Source: Phallusia mammillata
Taxonomy: Eukaryota
Direction of reading: 5' to 3'
DNA length: 64,000 bases
Assembly: GCA_965637545.1 (NCBI GenBank)
Contig: OZ281500.1
Location: 7,192,001 to 7,256,000, forward strand
Positions 22,459 to 34,800 of this stretch are shown piece by piece. Within the stretch, counting starts at the first letter, position 1, and every line of letters starts with the position of its first letter. Both the position numbers and the translations under genes were made by a program. Below the pieces are notes generated by a model that made no database searches, had not been told where the DNA came from, and was given only the letters and a program-made list of their open reading frames with translations.

Positions 22459-24593
22459 CTATAGGTTCGCTATTTTTTCCACCATCTTTCGCACAGCAAC
22501 CACTTGTTTGCCAATGTTGGATGCTGTTAGAGAAAGAAATCAATATAGTGTATTTTGTTAACACTCTTTAACGATTCACACATTTTACAACATTTTTTTT
22601 TGTTTTTTTTTTGGTAGCTTACCGTAAGCGCTTCCAGTATAGCCCCACCTGAAAAATATCCAATTCCGTTTCGAACTCGTGTGTAAACTATAGCTTAGTT
22701 AAAACATCAAGGCAAAACTTACCAGTCAAAGCACCCATTAGGGTTTGTCATTAAGTTTTTCTTTACTTGGGGATAAACCACAATGATGTTGTTTAGTGCA
22801 GCTACTTCATTGTATCCAGTTTCCGTTACGTAAGTCTGTCCCAAGTATTCCTCCCCTTGCTTGCAGCCATGAAATGCAACATGTAGCTTGCAAGCTGGAA
22901 CAGGCGTAAAATTATATGGAAGAAATTACTTTATTGTACACAATGATTGTAGTGGGTTTTGGTAACGTTTATATGTCCCTTTAGCATTGTTTGAATGATA
23001 TTTTATGTTGCGATTTGCTTTTGCGAACAGTTGCTCTTGTTCAAAAAATGTTTTTTTTTCACATTAAACCTAGTTTGTTCTCTCTAAATGCTCTTCCTAT
23101 AAATTGTTTTCACTTATAGTGCTTACCACAATTCGTTTACTGCTTGTATAGTGTGCTACCTGTGTTCCTGTCAGCACATCCGTCAGGAACAAAAATGTAG
23201 CCATCATCAGCAAGACCAATGTCTGAAAACCCATTATTGCCAAAGAATTCTGTCTGGTCAAATGTGAGTATTGTCCCAGCCAGCTCGCCTGTTGGATAAG
23301 TTGCTTGCTGTAGAAAAAATAAGCTTAACAAGTAAATTTTAGGTTCCGTTACAAGATAGGGTTTGAGATTAAAATATACCTGCAAGCCACCATGGATGAA
23401 TTCAAGCATATCGTACGCAGCGTCATAATTACAATAGTTAATGTAATCAGTGTTCAGCCTGTCGCACTGGCCTCCATAACTCACTGTAGGCTGAAAAAAT
23501 GTGAGATATTTTTTACAAAAAGACAACTTGTCGTAAATGTTTGATATACTTACAAATCCGTGTTCGCCTGGAATGTCAAACACCGTCTTGATGTTTCCCA
23601 CAGACACAAATTCTGAGTAGTACTGTTCAGCTTTATTGACCACTCCTAAGTGTAAAAAAAATCTTTCGATGGTCAAAATCAGATTGAAGTGTAATGCGAA
23701 AAGGACTTAAGGCAATAAACATGTAAAGAAGGGTTCAATCATCGTTTTAAACGGGCTAGAAATTCGGGCCCGAACATGAACTCGAAATTTGGTTGGAATA
23801 AAACCCGAATTAAACCATAAAAATAAGTTTGAGTTTAGGCACGAATCAAGCCCGTTTTTTTAAACTTCATCCCGAACTCGACCAAAAAAAAAACGGCGCG
23901 ATGCAACCCTGTGTTCATTGTACTCTTATGTATAAGGGTGTACCTGGATCCACTACAGAGTCATCAGTGCCGCTGTACAAATACACTTTATCGTCTGTCA
24001 AGAAAGACAACTGGTCAGCGTAACCGGTCAGTACAGTGTTGCGAGTGATCTGCTGCAAATAAGCGACGTCAATCAAATTGGGTGACGTCATGCACGCGCC
24101 TGTGGCCGTCATAAGATTGTTTTTGGCACACCAGAACGGACCTGCAAAAAGTTGACAAGAAGTGACAGAAAGTTTGTATTTTTCCGTTTATGTCGTCTTA
24201 TATATTGAACTTATAAACGTTTTTCGCCCATCTTGTTTTCTTAGTGTACACACAATCATGTTTGCAGGGAGTAAGCTGATTGAAATGTTGTGCTAGACAT
24301 TTGGGGTTAATTTGCTGACACACTCACCTCCTGCAAGTACCCCGACTCCAGAGAAAATCATGGAATGGGAAATATGCATTTGAACCGCCATGAAAGCTCC
24401 GGCAGACAGACCGCTCGTGGAAATCTGCGTGGCGTCCACATTGTAACTTTCTAAAGCAACAGAATCACATAAAAAGTGGTAAATATTAAAGTTATGAACA
24501 GTGAAAACATGGACCATACCTACCTAAAGGTGCTGCAGCCGATTCGCCGGTTGCCAGCAAAATGGTCAAAACAGACAAGAACAAAATCTGCAT
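22459..24593 (-). CDS. Secreted poly(3-hydroxybutyrate)/PHA depolymerase homologue, type II catalytic domain, about 334 aa, 9 exons
   Basis: Exons 24593-24524, 24450-24328, 24141-23944, 23645-23554, 23490-23380, 23307-23160, 22894-22723, 22648-22623 and 22523-22459 join in frame with GT-AG sites (1005 nt). Signal peptide MQILFLSVLTILLATGESAAA; lipase box SGLSAGAFMAVQ; AGGPFWCA; YSGTDDSVV (Asp); GEHGFPT (His); LHVAFHGC oxyanion motif; NNIIVVYPQ; NPNGCFDWWGY. AATAAA (minus) at 22410-22415. Confidence 0.88.
23748..23883. mobile_element. Fragment of the hAT MITE family seen at 46887-47199
   Basis: Shares aaacgggc...gcccga...aatcaagcccg motifs with 46887-47199; no intact ends. Confidence 0.5.
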
Positions 24594-25228
24594 CGTTGAC
24601 TTAGGAATAAATCTACTCATCGAATAGCTACAACCAAGGCAAAGAATACGTGGTTTAAATCATTTTCAATCACGAAAACTATAAGTAACGTCACCCAAGT
24701 TTATTCAAGTAGGTTAAAATGGCTAAGACGTCATAACTTTTTTTGATATTTTTAAAAGCTGCAAATAACAAAAAATAAAAAGTTACTCAGACAGGTCTTC
24801 CCGATTGCTCGCAACCCACGGACATCAGCATACTTAACAGGCCAAATAGTTACGAAGTCAACAAATGACTCAAAAAAATCCTTGAGAACTACACCAGCTG
24901 TTGATAAAACTGCACAGTCACTCAATAAACTTAAGTTGCGCAAAAGTTTAAATATTGGCACCCAAACTATTGTTTGCATGTAGTGCGCAACAAACACAAA
25001 GTTTATTTTTTCTGTAACTCTTCGTGTACCAAAACACGGAAAATGACACGTCATATGATTTGTTTGTCGGGTTTTTGTTTGCATTTTTCATAAAAAAAAA
25101 CAATGTCAAAACCTTTTAAACTTCATTGCATTTTAATTTTAAATCCCCCAGTTTGGAATGTAGTAGTTTAAACTTTAAAAACAAGTTTCACTGAAAAATT
25201 GTAATTAAAGGTTTGACACTGGAGGCAG

Positions 25229-25252
25229 TGTTCCATAGCAACGCTTCATTGG
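25229..25252 (+). promoter_or_regulatory. RFX X-box plus inverted CCAAT box upstream of DNAH3
   Basis: TGTTCCATAGCAAC (25229-25242) with a perfect TAGCAAC half-site, followed by ATTGG (25248-25252). X-boxes are the established RFX sites of ciliary genes. Confidence 0.6.
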
Positions 25253-25826
25253 CTACTGCAGAAAAAAATCCGGCTTTGATGTAATTTGTGATAACATTGT
25301 AAGCCGATGGTGTTGTTTGTAATAGTATTTAATACTTGTTGCTGTAAATCTATTTTGTTGAATAACAAGTGAATGCGCGAAGATGTTAACAACTATCCTG
25401 TTTTTGTAAAAAAAGTGAACTCATTACCAATAGGTTACAGATAAACTTTAACAGTTGTACTTGCAAAAAAACGATTTCAGCATTGGTAGGTGAAATGCAG
25501 TTTAGTTATGTTAATGAAACTATAGTTATTTACAATTTTTGATCATTCATTATCTTTCACATTTGTCCATGTAGTAAAATTGGATTAATAAGGAATGGTT
25601 TGTGATTGTATTTTTTAAAGATATTTAAGAAACATTGCTTCTGAATAGTTTTGCATGATTGCATGATATCAATCTATGTGTAATTTGGCACCAATGTAAA
25701 CAAAGCACACGAAAAAACTGCAATAAAAAATGCAGAGGGCAAAGGTATTGTATTTTGTACACATAACATTTTTTACATGTAAAAATTGCTGAAAACATTT
25801 CTATCCCACAGTTTCAGGAAAGCCCT

Positions 25827-28800
25827 ATGCAGAGCAACACTAAATCTAATGGCCTGTCAGGATTGCCTCAATTGCCACCTGAACAAACAAGCCATGATTC
25901 TGAATTATACCAGGTATCTCACAAATTAAATAAAAATGTTGTTTGTTACTGATCTCTGTAGGTTGTTTTTTTATGATTTTAGTATCTATTTTTACCCTTG
26001 TCTTTTTGTATCTTAGATTGTTTTGAAAAACAGCATTCATCCCCCAATTATGCAAGGTATGTCCTGGACCTTGTTATCACCATTTAAAGAACAAAGACAC
26101 CATCGTTCTCCTAGTGAATCTATTGCAAACAATTATACACCATCTGCAGCAGACATTAAAATTCGAGACATCCCTGCCAAGTCAGTAACAGCTTTAACTG
26201 TCAATATGTGATTTGTCCATTTAAAAGCCACATTTTTGCATCAATTTAAATGTGATTTTTGGAAATTTAGATATAAGTCTTTGCGTCGGACATCCATGAA
26301 TGCTGGAATATCAAAATCAGTTGGGCCATCTCCACCCAAATCACCAAGAAAAATGACATGTAAGTTCACAAGGAGTGCAAAAGTTTGTGGTAAAAGCATT
26401 ATATTACCAAATTAAATACTTGCAGTTGGAAAAGCTCCACCATCACCAAAGAAGAAATTTCGGGGTGAGGGCACTCGAGATCCAAGGTAAAATGCACTGT
26501 TTTTTTGTAACAATGCAAGAAAAATACATTTTGTAACTTTTTGGACAGAAATGACTCGCTGGTTTTGTATTCGCCCAAAAAATCCCCTAGAGGGCAAAAA
26601 ATTACTGAAGAAGAACCAATGAATGGGGTAACTGAGGAAGAACATCCTCCAAGCCGCCCAATGTCCCCTATGGAACAGATGTCTATTATTAAATCAAGTG
26701 ATAATGAAAAAAGTGCAGCAGCTGAATGCTCTGAAAAAGATTTGGAGGTGACATGGATAGTTAAAAGTTTTTTTTACTTTTTTTGTGCTTGTTTTTCACC
26801 TTTGACTTTGTGCAAATCCCCTCAGGTAATAAAAATGACTTATCGAACAAAATATGCTTTCCAGAGATACCACTATTACATCACAAAAGGAATTGATTCT
26901 CGGCAACTAGCTGGGCCACCACCTGGACAAATGGGTCGAGTTGAAGAACACCTGCCAGAAAAATTGAAGGAAAATTCAGACTTGCACAGTTTGCTTGGGG
27001 ACTTGAAAGAAGAAGTGCTGACTGACTACGATTTCAGTTATAGAAAGTCAATAAGTAAGGGAAAACTTAATAAGTTTTAAAGTACACTATCTATATTTTT
27101 AATACTTTACCCAATCAAAGAATCAAGTTTTGAGTCAAAATTAAACCAACAAGATATCTTTAAATCAATTTTTAACTCCTTTTTAATGTTTAAAAATGTT
27201 GTTAGTGGTAGAGAAAATGTTGTTAGTGGTACTTTATGTGTAAGCTCAGCAGTGCATGTATATGTTTCAAACCACTTCTGTTTGACAAAAGACCATTGTT
27301 TTCCTGCACATACCCTTTAAGAATGATTTCTTTACAATTGTAATGTGAGATGTGCTGTTGTGTGCCGAAGCCCCCACTGTTTGTTTTATAATATTCTGCT
27401 CTACAAACAATACACAACAAAAATGTATAAATATCATTCATAGTTCGTTTGTTGATACTTGATATTTATATTTCTTGACTTGTTATATATTGTTTTTGCC
27501 TTTGCTTGGCAAAAGAGAATGACATTTTTTTTTTTTTTGAAACCAGCTCATATGTATTGAACGTGCAGTAGATAAATGTTTATGTCACTTTTATTTTAAT
27601 TTTATGCAAGTTGTGATGTATGTTTTACACATAGTTATTGCTTTTTTAGTTGACTACATTTTAAGTGATGAATCTGAAAAAGCAAGAGTTAAAGTGTCAG
27701 CGATTCCAAAGCCTTTTATGCTGAAAACCATCCGTGCACCTGTGCCATGGAGGGGTGCTGCTTTGACAGCCAGAGATTTTTGCAAACGAAGCCTTTTTAC
27801 TGTGAGCCCTCTTATGTTGCATCTGCAGAACTTGTGGTTTGACAGGTGAATATATGTTTTTTTTTAATCTTTGACAAACCTCTTTGGACAATTTTGGCTC
27901 ACACAAGTTTAAATCTTAAGGTTAAACTTTTTTGGTAAAATTTAACACTGCAAAAAAACTATCTCATAAAGTATTTTGGAAAAAAGGTCATGATCAGCTG
28001 GTGTGGTAAAAGTTAACAACCAATTTCTTCACAATCTTTCAGATTTAATGACCTCCGATTTGTAAACGTTGAGGAGCTGTTGGAAGCAGGGCTGCCCATG
28101 CATCCAAACAAGTTTGAGGAGCTGGTATGTAATGTTATTTTTGTTTGGCTTGGCACAGTGTGTTAATATTTTTTGTTTGTTATAGAACTCATAGTGCATT
28201 TATTAAAAATGCATACTTATCACTGACAAATTGTAAATATAACTGCTTTTCACAGGATCTGTCCCTCTACTAGTAGGCTTTTTTAACAACTTTGTGTTTA
28301 CTGATTTTGAGTCAGAAGCATTTACTTCTTTATTATAACTTACTTACAAATTGTGTAACATTTTGCAATGTTTTGCACACAGTCTGCAAATAAATATCAA
28401 ATAATTGTCAAATAATTCGTTTTCTTCATAGGAAATTTTGTGCATTTGCGTTTTTCTATTTTGTTTTAAATTGCTAGTGCCCCGCCCTCGTACGCCCTAT
28501 AAGGGCTGTGTGTTTGCGTTTATAAATACACACAAAGCGACATATTGCTTGTTTCACAAAGGTGCTGACTCATTGCGAGCGAACGCGCGATGTTTTACTG
28601 AAACAATGGATTCCGTCGGCAGTGAAACTTTTTCTTTTACACAAGGAGTCGTGGATGCATCTTGTTCCACAAAACGACAGCGACAGCACCATCCAGGTTT
28701 GTGAGACATAATAAATACTGTACTTTCTTCGGTACTCTTTGCTCTGAACTTAATTTTTATGTTTGTGTATTGTCATATCTGTTAGTTGTATGTTTTCTTT

Positions 28801-31800
28801 TGAACCCCCACCTCTTTACGTAGCACGAGTTGCTAGGACACCCTCGACTTGTGCCACCAACTTTTCCCAGAGTCGTGTTTCTACTTCCAGTGCACCAAAC
28901 TCATTCTCTTGTGAACTCCTATCACATAACGCTTCATAATATGATGTAGCTGCAGCGCGTTTATTCATGATCCACCAATTGTGTCCTTTACTATTTTGTG
29001 CTCCATAACGTCTCAACGTTGTCAAGCTATTTCCGGCTTTATGATCGTTTCAGTGAAATTTTTGTCGCCAGTTTTCTTTCACTAAGCGAAATTAACTCAA
29101 CTAAACTCAAAGGCCAACAAAGTGTGGTGACAAGCGGATTTGCAGTTTTTTTTTTCAGACTAAAACTAACAAAGTGGGCCGAAATCCAAAAAGGCAACGT
29201 TCAAAAGTAAATCTCCACCAAACCTAAAGTCAATTGTAGCCATGTTTGCTAATATTTAGTAAACGCCCAACAGGAAAATTGTTGAGTTTACTCAAATCTT
29301 TAGGTACAACAGCCAATGTTACAGGACATTGTAATTTTCGTTCTCTTTTTTGCTCTTTGTTCTCCTGTTGAAGGGCTTGAACTTTTGTTCGCCTTTCGAG
29401 ACGCACTTAAGAATCCTCGAACAATGTTCACGGAAAACTTTAAATCGATTTACGAGTCCGACTTCCCCTCATTAAGTCATGCCCTGTCGAGGTTCTTGTC
29501 TGCCCTTTGCTTGACCATAAACTTTCCGCTTTACAAGGTTCAAAGCAAAGCACACCTGTGGGCTTTGGCCCTGGCCTAGAACATCAAAATTCATCACAGT
29601 AACATGTGATACAGGATATGTGTTCCGCAACTATTTTTTTTCACGAACATACGTCCGTATTTTAAAGTACTCACAATAGTCAGTTTTGACATAGTTGTTA
29701 AATTTTCCCAAAGTAAATTTTGTCGGTGATATGAATTCGAGAAAAATATATCCCAACCAATGCAGCCGCCGATAACTGTTTTTTTGTTCTTAAATAAAAC
29801 TGCATTCTTAGCTAGAATTTGTAAGATTTTTGCTTTGTAGGTTCAGGAATTTTTTGCTTGCGCGGCCTCTCTGATGTCGAACCAGCTTCGGGGAATGGTC
29901 ATTAACTCACTCAGCGACTTTGTCAACTTCTGGAAGGCGCACGAGGTAAGTGGTTTAAAAATACAACGCACCACATTCGCCACGTGTGGTAGTGTTTACA
30001 CAAACCGGACAAGTGTCGAACTGTGTAACTTTCACAAAAATATAAGAACAAGGTTTCTGAGCCTGTTTTAGTGTCAAAGACAAATCGAGAAGACAAATCG
30101 AGAAGTACTCATAAGAAAGATATTTTTTGCATTACTGTATTGCCAATACATTAGTGACATTTAGAATGGTTATCAAGCGTTGTCGAAAAAGTGGCATTTG
30201 ATTGTAATTTGGTAAAAACATATAACCTTAATTGCCTTTTTACAATGATCTAACAAAACCATTTACCAACGAAACAAAATAATGACAAATTTACTGATGA
30301 ATTATTATATTTTTTGGTGCTAAGCTTAATTCATATTATAGGCTGCAAAGTTTGTTCTTCCAACTACAATTTAAAATGCAAATCTAACCTCTGAAGGCAA
30401 CAAATTAACATAAACACAACAAATGCCTTAACATTAGGCTGGCAATGATTTTGGCACAACGTACGAGGACCTCATGTACTGTGTCCGGCCCGTCATGCTT
30501 CTGCAACTACAAGTTCGCGACACAAAGCTGTTCTTCGACCCAAGCTTTCCAGAATGTCGGGACATCTTGTTGAACTGCTTCTCACACATCACTGCAGCAG
30601 CCGAAGCCATTCCCAGGGTAAAACAAGTTCCAGTAATTTTAATCTGTACGAGTTTTGTGTGCATAGTGTTATATCTGTCTGTAGGTTAGATCAAGGTATA
30701 TTATGGATTTTCTAAAACTTTTATACCCCTGAGCGTACCTACACAATAAATTTAGGGCGCGCCATCTGTAATGTGGAAACATTAGTCATTAACGTTAAGG
30801 ATCCTATCATATAAATTAACTTCTTTGTTATCTTTGGGCATTGTTTAACTATCTTCGCCGCTGCAAAACACCATGTACGACGATTAAGAACCATTGACTA
30901 AATTCCCTGACAGGCCTGACTAAATTTCATTTCGCTCAATGTATAAAACTTTACATCTTTACAACGCGATTCGTCCAAATATTAACTCAAACAAGACACG
31001 TGGGTGCAAGTTTATTATTAAAGTCAGACTGCTATCATTTGATTGACGTCGCCGGGTAAGTTTTATGAGTATCTGGAGTGTGTTGATGTTGGACTGAGTA
31101 AACACGGAAGGTCGGTGTGAGATAAAAGTGCAGCGCGCGGAATGCTCTTGAAATGAGAAATCGTTACATTTGTTTGACCTCGATTTGGCGATTCGCCGAA
31201 ATAGCAATCTGGGAAAGCTGATATTTTCCGTTCTGTACTTACAGATAGAGAAGGGCTAAAACTGAAATTGTTCTCAATATTTTCTATTTATTTAGGCCGA
31301 AAATGTTCGTGATATTACGGTAGTTGAAAAAATGCGACACTAATAACCCAAAATTTTAACTGTTTTGCATTTTAATGACACTCCCTAGCCGAATTACTGT
31401 AATACAGTAAAAATACTGTACGAATTTCCTCATGTGTTATTGTTATGGTGATGGTTTGTGCCGGGTATTAACAATAATGTTCTTTATTCGATTGAAAATA
31501 CTTATCTTTGTAAATAAATAATTAGATTTATGACCCTAGATATTCAGGTAAACTTAAAACAACACTTCAGGTACTTAAGACTTTTACACATTCCCTTTGC
31601 AAGTACATAATTTTCCACCTGTTAGGAACCACCGCTCTAAAACAATTTACAACTATACAGTACATCAATAAAGTGTATGCCAATATAGATGAATAATTTA
31701 GCAACTATGATATGTACCGTAGTGAACAATATTAAAGGAAACCGAATGGAATAAGTTGCCCCACCTTGACTTAAAGTTTGTTCAAATAGCAAACTAAAAG

Positions 31801-34800
31801 TCTAAGCTAAATTGGAAAGATCTTCTCAGATACTTTGCGGGTTTGACACTATTTCTCTAGCAAGTACGGTTTTGTGTAACACATGATTTGTTGTAGGTTG
31901 AATGCGATTTGTTTCCGGAGATGCGTGACACAACCCTCATCTTACGAACTGTGAACCCAGATGAATTATTAGTCAAAGAATTCGTCGACACAGCCATGAA
32001 TATATTCAAGTCAAACCTGATCGGCCCCCAAAAGTAAGATCACATCTGCTCTAGCACAGTATTGTGTCAAATCAATCGGCAGCTTAAAAAACCTACCCGC
32101 AGTCAATTGTCTTCCTTTGTTAAATACAGACAAATTCAGTTGATCAAATAACCACTTTGTCAAGCATTTTTATGCAAATTTCCGCAAAGCGATTTTTTGA
32201 ACCAATTGCCACTATTGGGATTTACAATATCTATACGATTAAACGGTTTATGCAGTTAACCGGATTCGCATTGATAAATACTATGCATTAAAAAAAGTTT
32301 ATCAATCAATCAAAGCCACTATTGTCTCAAACGAACGAGAAACGGGATGTAATGGTTGGCACTATGTTACATGTATTTAGATATCTGGATGTTTACAAGA
32401 AGTACGAGGACCTTCTGAACAACAAAGCCGATATGGATGTGATTCAGTTCCTCAAGGAGGAACACACGCTTGATGAACACGTGGTCATGATTAAAAAGTT
32501 TGATGTAAGCAAATACGGAAACAAGATCTCTAGATTTGTTTAGACAAATCCGGGTAATCGCAAAAACCGTGTAATTGCAATCAGATTTTTGAACCGTATC
32601 TGACTACTGCGTCCCTCAATCGCATGAAGAGATTGACAAATGTCAAGACAATTTTGCAAACAATTTTTCTATGATTGAATTTGCAGAAAACTCGTTCCGA
32701 AATCATGATTCTTCGCATCAACGTTCCCCTCAGCTTCTTCTGTCTTGATTGTTCGGAAGTAAATGAGGAACACGCCATGCGAGCTCAGAGGCTTAAGGAT
32801 CGAATTATTTTACACGAAATCGAACAAAATCGCGAGTCGAACAAGGGGTGAATAAATTAAGAAATTCAAAACGTGAAAACAGTATTGTTTGTAAAGTTGT
32901 AAACATTTGACCTGTTAACTCTAGTACTATAATTTGGTTTGTTGAAAACTTACGTAATATACGCAGTTGTTTCAAAAACGTCTTTCCAGTTACCTAAGTA
33001 CGGTAAAGACATTTTATTTAATAAAGCAAGTATATAGATTTATGACCGCAAAATACAATCTTGGGTTGTTTTTGAAGATATTGTTTTGGGGGCCCAACTT
33101 TTATTTTCTCTATTAACACTTTGTACATGCTTTGGATACGAATTTACTCCTAACCAAGTTTTTTAAAAAGAGATGTCCCACGCACGCCTGACTGAATCAC
33201 AAGCCGATATAATAAAAATCTCTATGCATAAAAAATCTATGCATTTTTCTGTTTGATAGCATTTGCCATGAGTATGATGTGATTGCTGACCGTGTATCGG
33301 AGATGCCGGAGACCACAGTGGAACTTGTGGCGCTCGTTGATTTCCTTAAGACTTCGAACGAGGTTACAATCCATGAGCTGAAGGAAAAGATCGGATGGGC
33401 CGCAGAAAGACTTGGATTTCTTCTCGACTACGCCACATTGCCTTGTAAGTTTGCAAAAATATCTTTACGTTTTGTTGTCGCATTTTTCCTCAATTCAATC
33501 TTTTTTGGTTTTGATTTTTTTAAAGTTGTATATTTTATGACCCAAATACAAAACTTTGAATACAAGGAACTTTTGAAAGAGTTATTGTTTGTTTTACAAT
33601 TTGTTGATTAGTATTACAGCGTTTGTTGGCCAATGCTTCAAGTATCAGTGGGAAACAGTTTAATGTACTGTGGTTTTTAATTTAATTTGTGCAAATTCTA
33701 CTGGATGAGATTATAGTTTACACTGTGATGACGATTTACGAACATTGCTTTAAATTGTTAGTTTTACTTTAGACGAGGACATCAAGCTGAACAGTAACGT
33801 GTTCCACTGGCCTGACCAAATCCACAGTGTGTTTGAGATCAACCGAAACCGACTGATGAACAGACGGGAAACAGCTGAAGACAAACTCAAAAAGAGGTAA
33901 GGCATTTACCATCTAAATCAAACAGGTGTAATTCATAAGAAGACAAAATATAATTTGGTTCAGTCAAATATCATTACTTCGCTTCTTTTCCTGGTAACAC
34001 CTAAAAGTATTTCCTGTTAACTATTGTTTATGTAACGTTTGTATTGTAGTTTGTTCGCATGAAGATGTTACTTAAAAAAATACTATTGCAAAATACAATT
34101 GAAGTTACATAAACTTTCAGAGTAAAGGAGTTCGAGGAGACTTTGAACGGCTACAACAAAGAAGTTGAGAGTTTTAAAAAGAAAGAAGTTGCGAGTCCCG
34201 ATGAAATGCAAAGGAACGTTGACAAACTAAACGATCTTACGAAATCACTCGAAGCGGCAACAGAAGAACTTGAGGTTTGTACCAAGTTATTATCAAATGT
34301 TTGTAATTGATGACCAGTTAAAACAAAACGTTACAGATGCTTACGTTTAAGTCCTCGTTGCTGCTTGATGAAAACTTTTTACGTCTGGTTAGATAGTGTA
34401 AACTGTGTTGTGTAGTGTAAACTTATTTAATCACGAGTCACCAGAGACTCAGTATAAGGGCTTCTATTTAAATTGGATGCTAAAGATGCCATGTACTTAG
34501 CTGAAATATATGTATCTTATAACAACAGTTGATGACTTCAGACGTATCAAAGTTTCCAATCTAATTAGATTGTGTTGGAAATGTTTTTCTACCTTTTTAA
34601 AATTTTAGAGTTCTAATTTTTTCGCTTCGGCGATCTGCGTTAGGCGATATACTTTTTGGGATAAAATGCTCCTTTTGTTTGTTTGTTTGTGTTTGCTCTG
34701 GGCAACAAGCCTTTGCCAAACTTGTTCTGTGTATCTTATCTGTACTAGGCGGTTGCCGTTTGTTGTCGAACTTGGTAACAATTCTCGATTTTGCACAGGC

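Noticed and set aside
22459-24593. Bacterial or fungal contamination as the source of the depolymerase
   Set aside because: Eight GT-AG introns like those of its neighbours, a host-family MITE fragment in one intron, a poly(A) signal, and contiguity with animal genes.
30950-31260. GC-richer intronic segment with TGACGTC and donor-like GTAAGT on both strands
   Set aside because: No consistent exon chain, ncRNA motif or TIR could be established; an alternative promoter or nested gene is unsupported.
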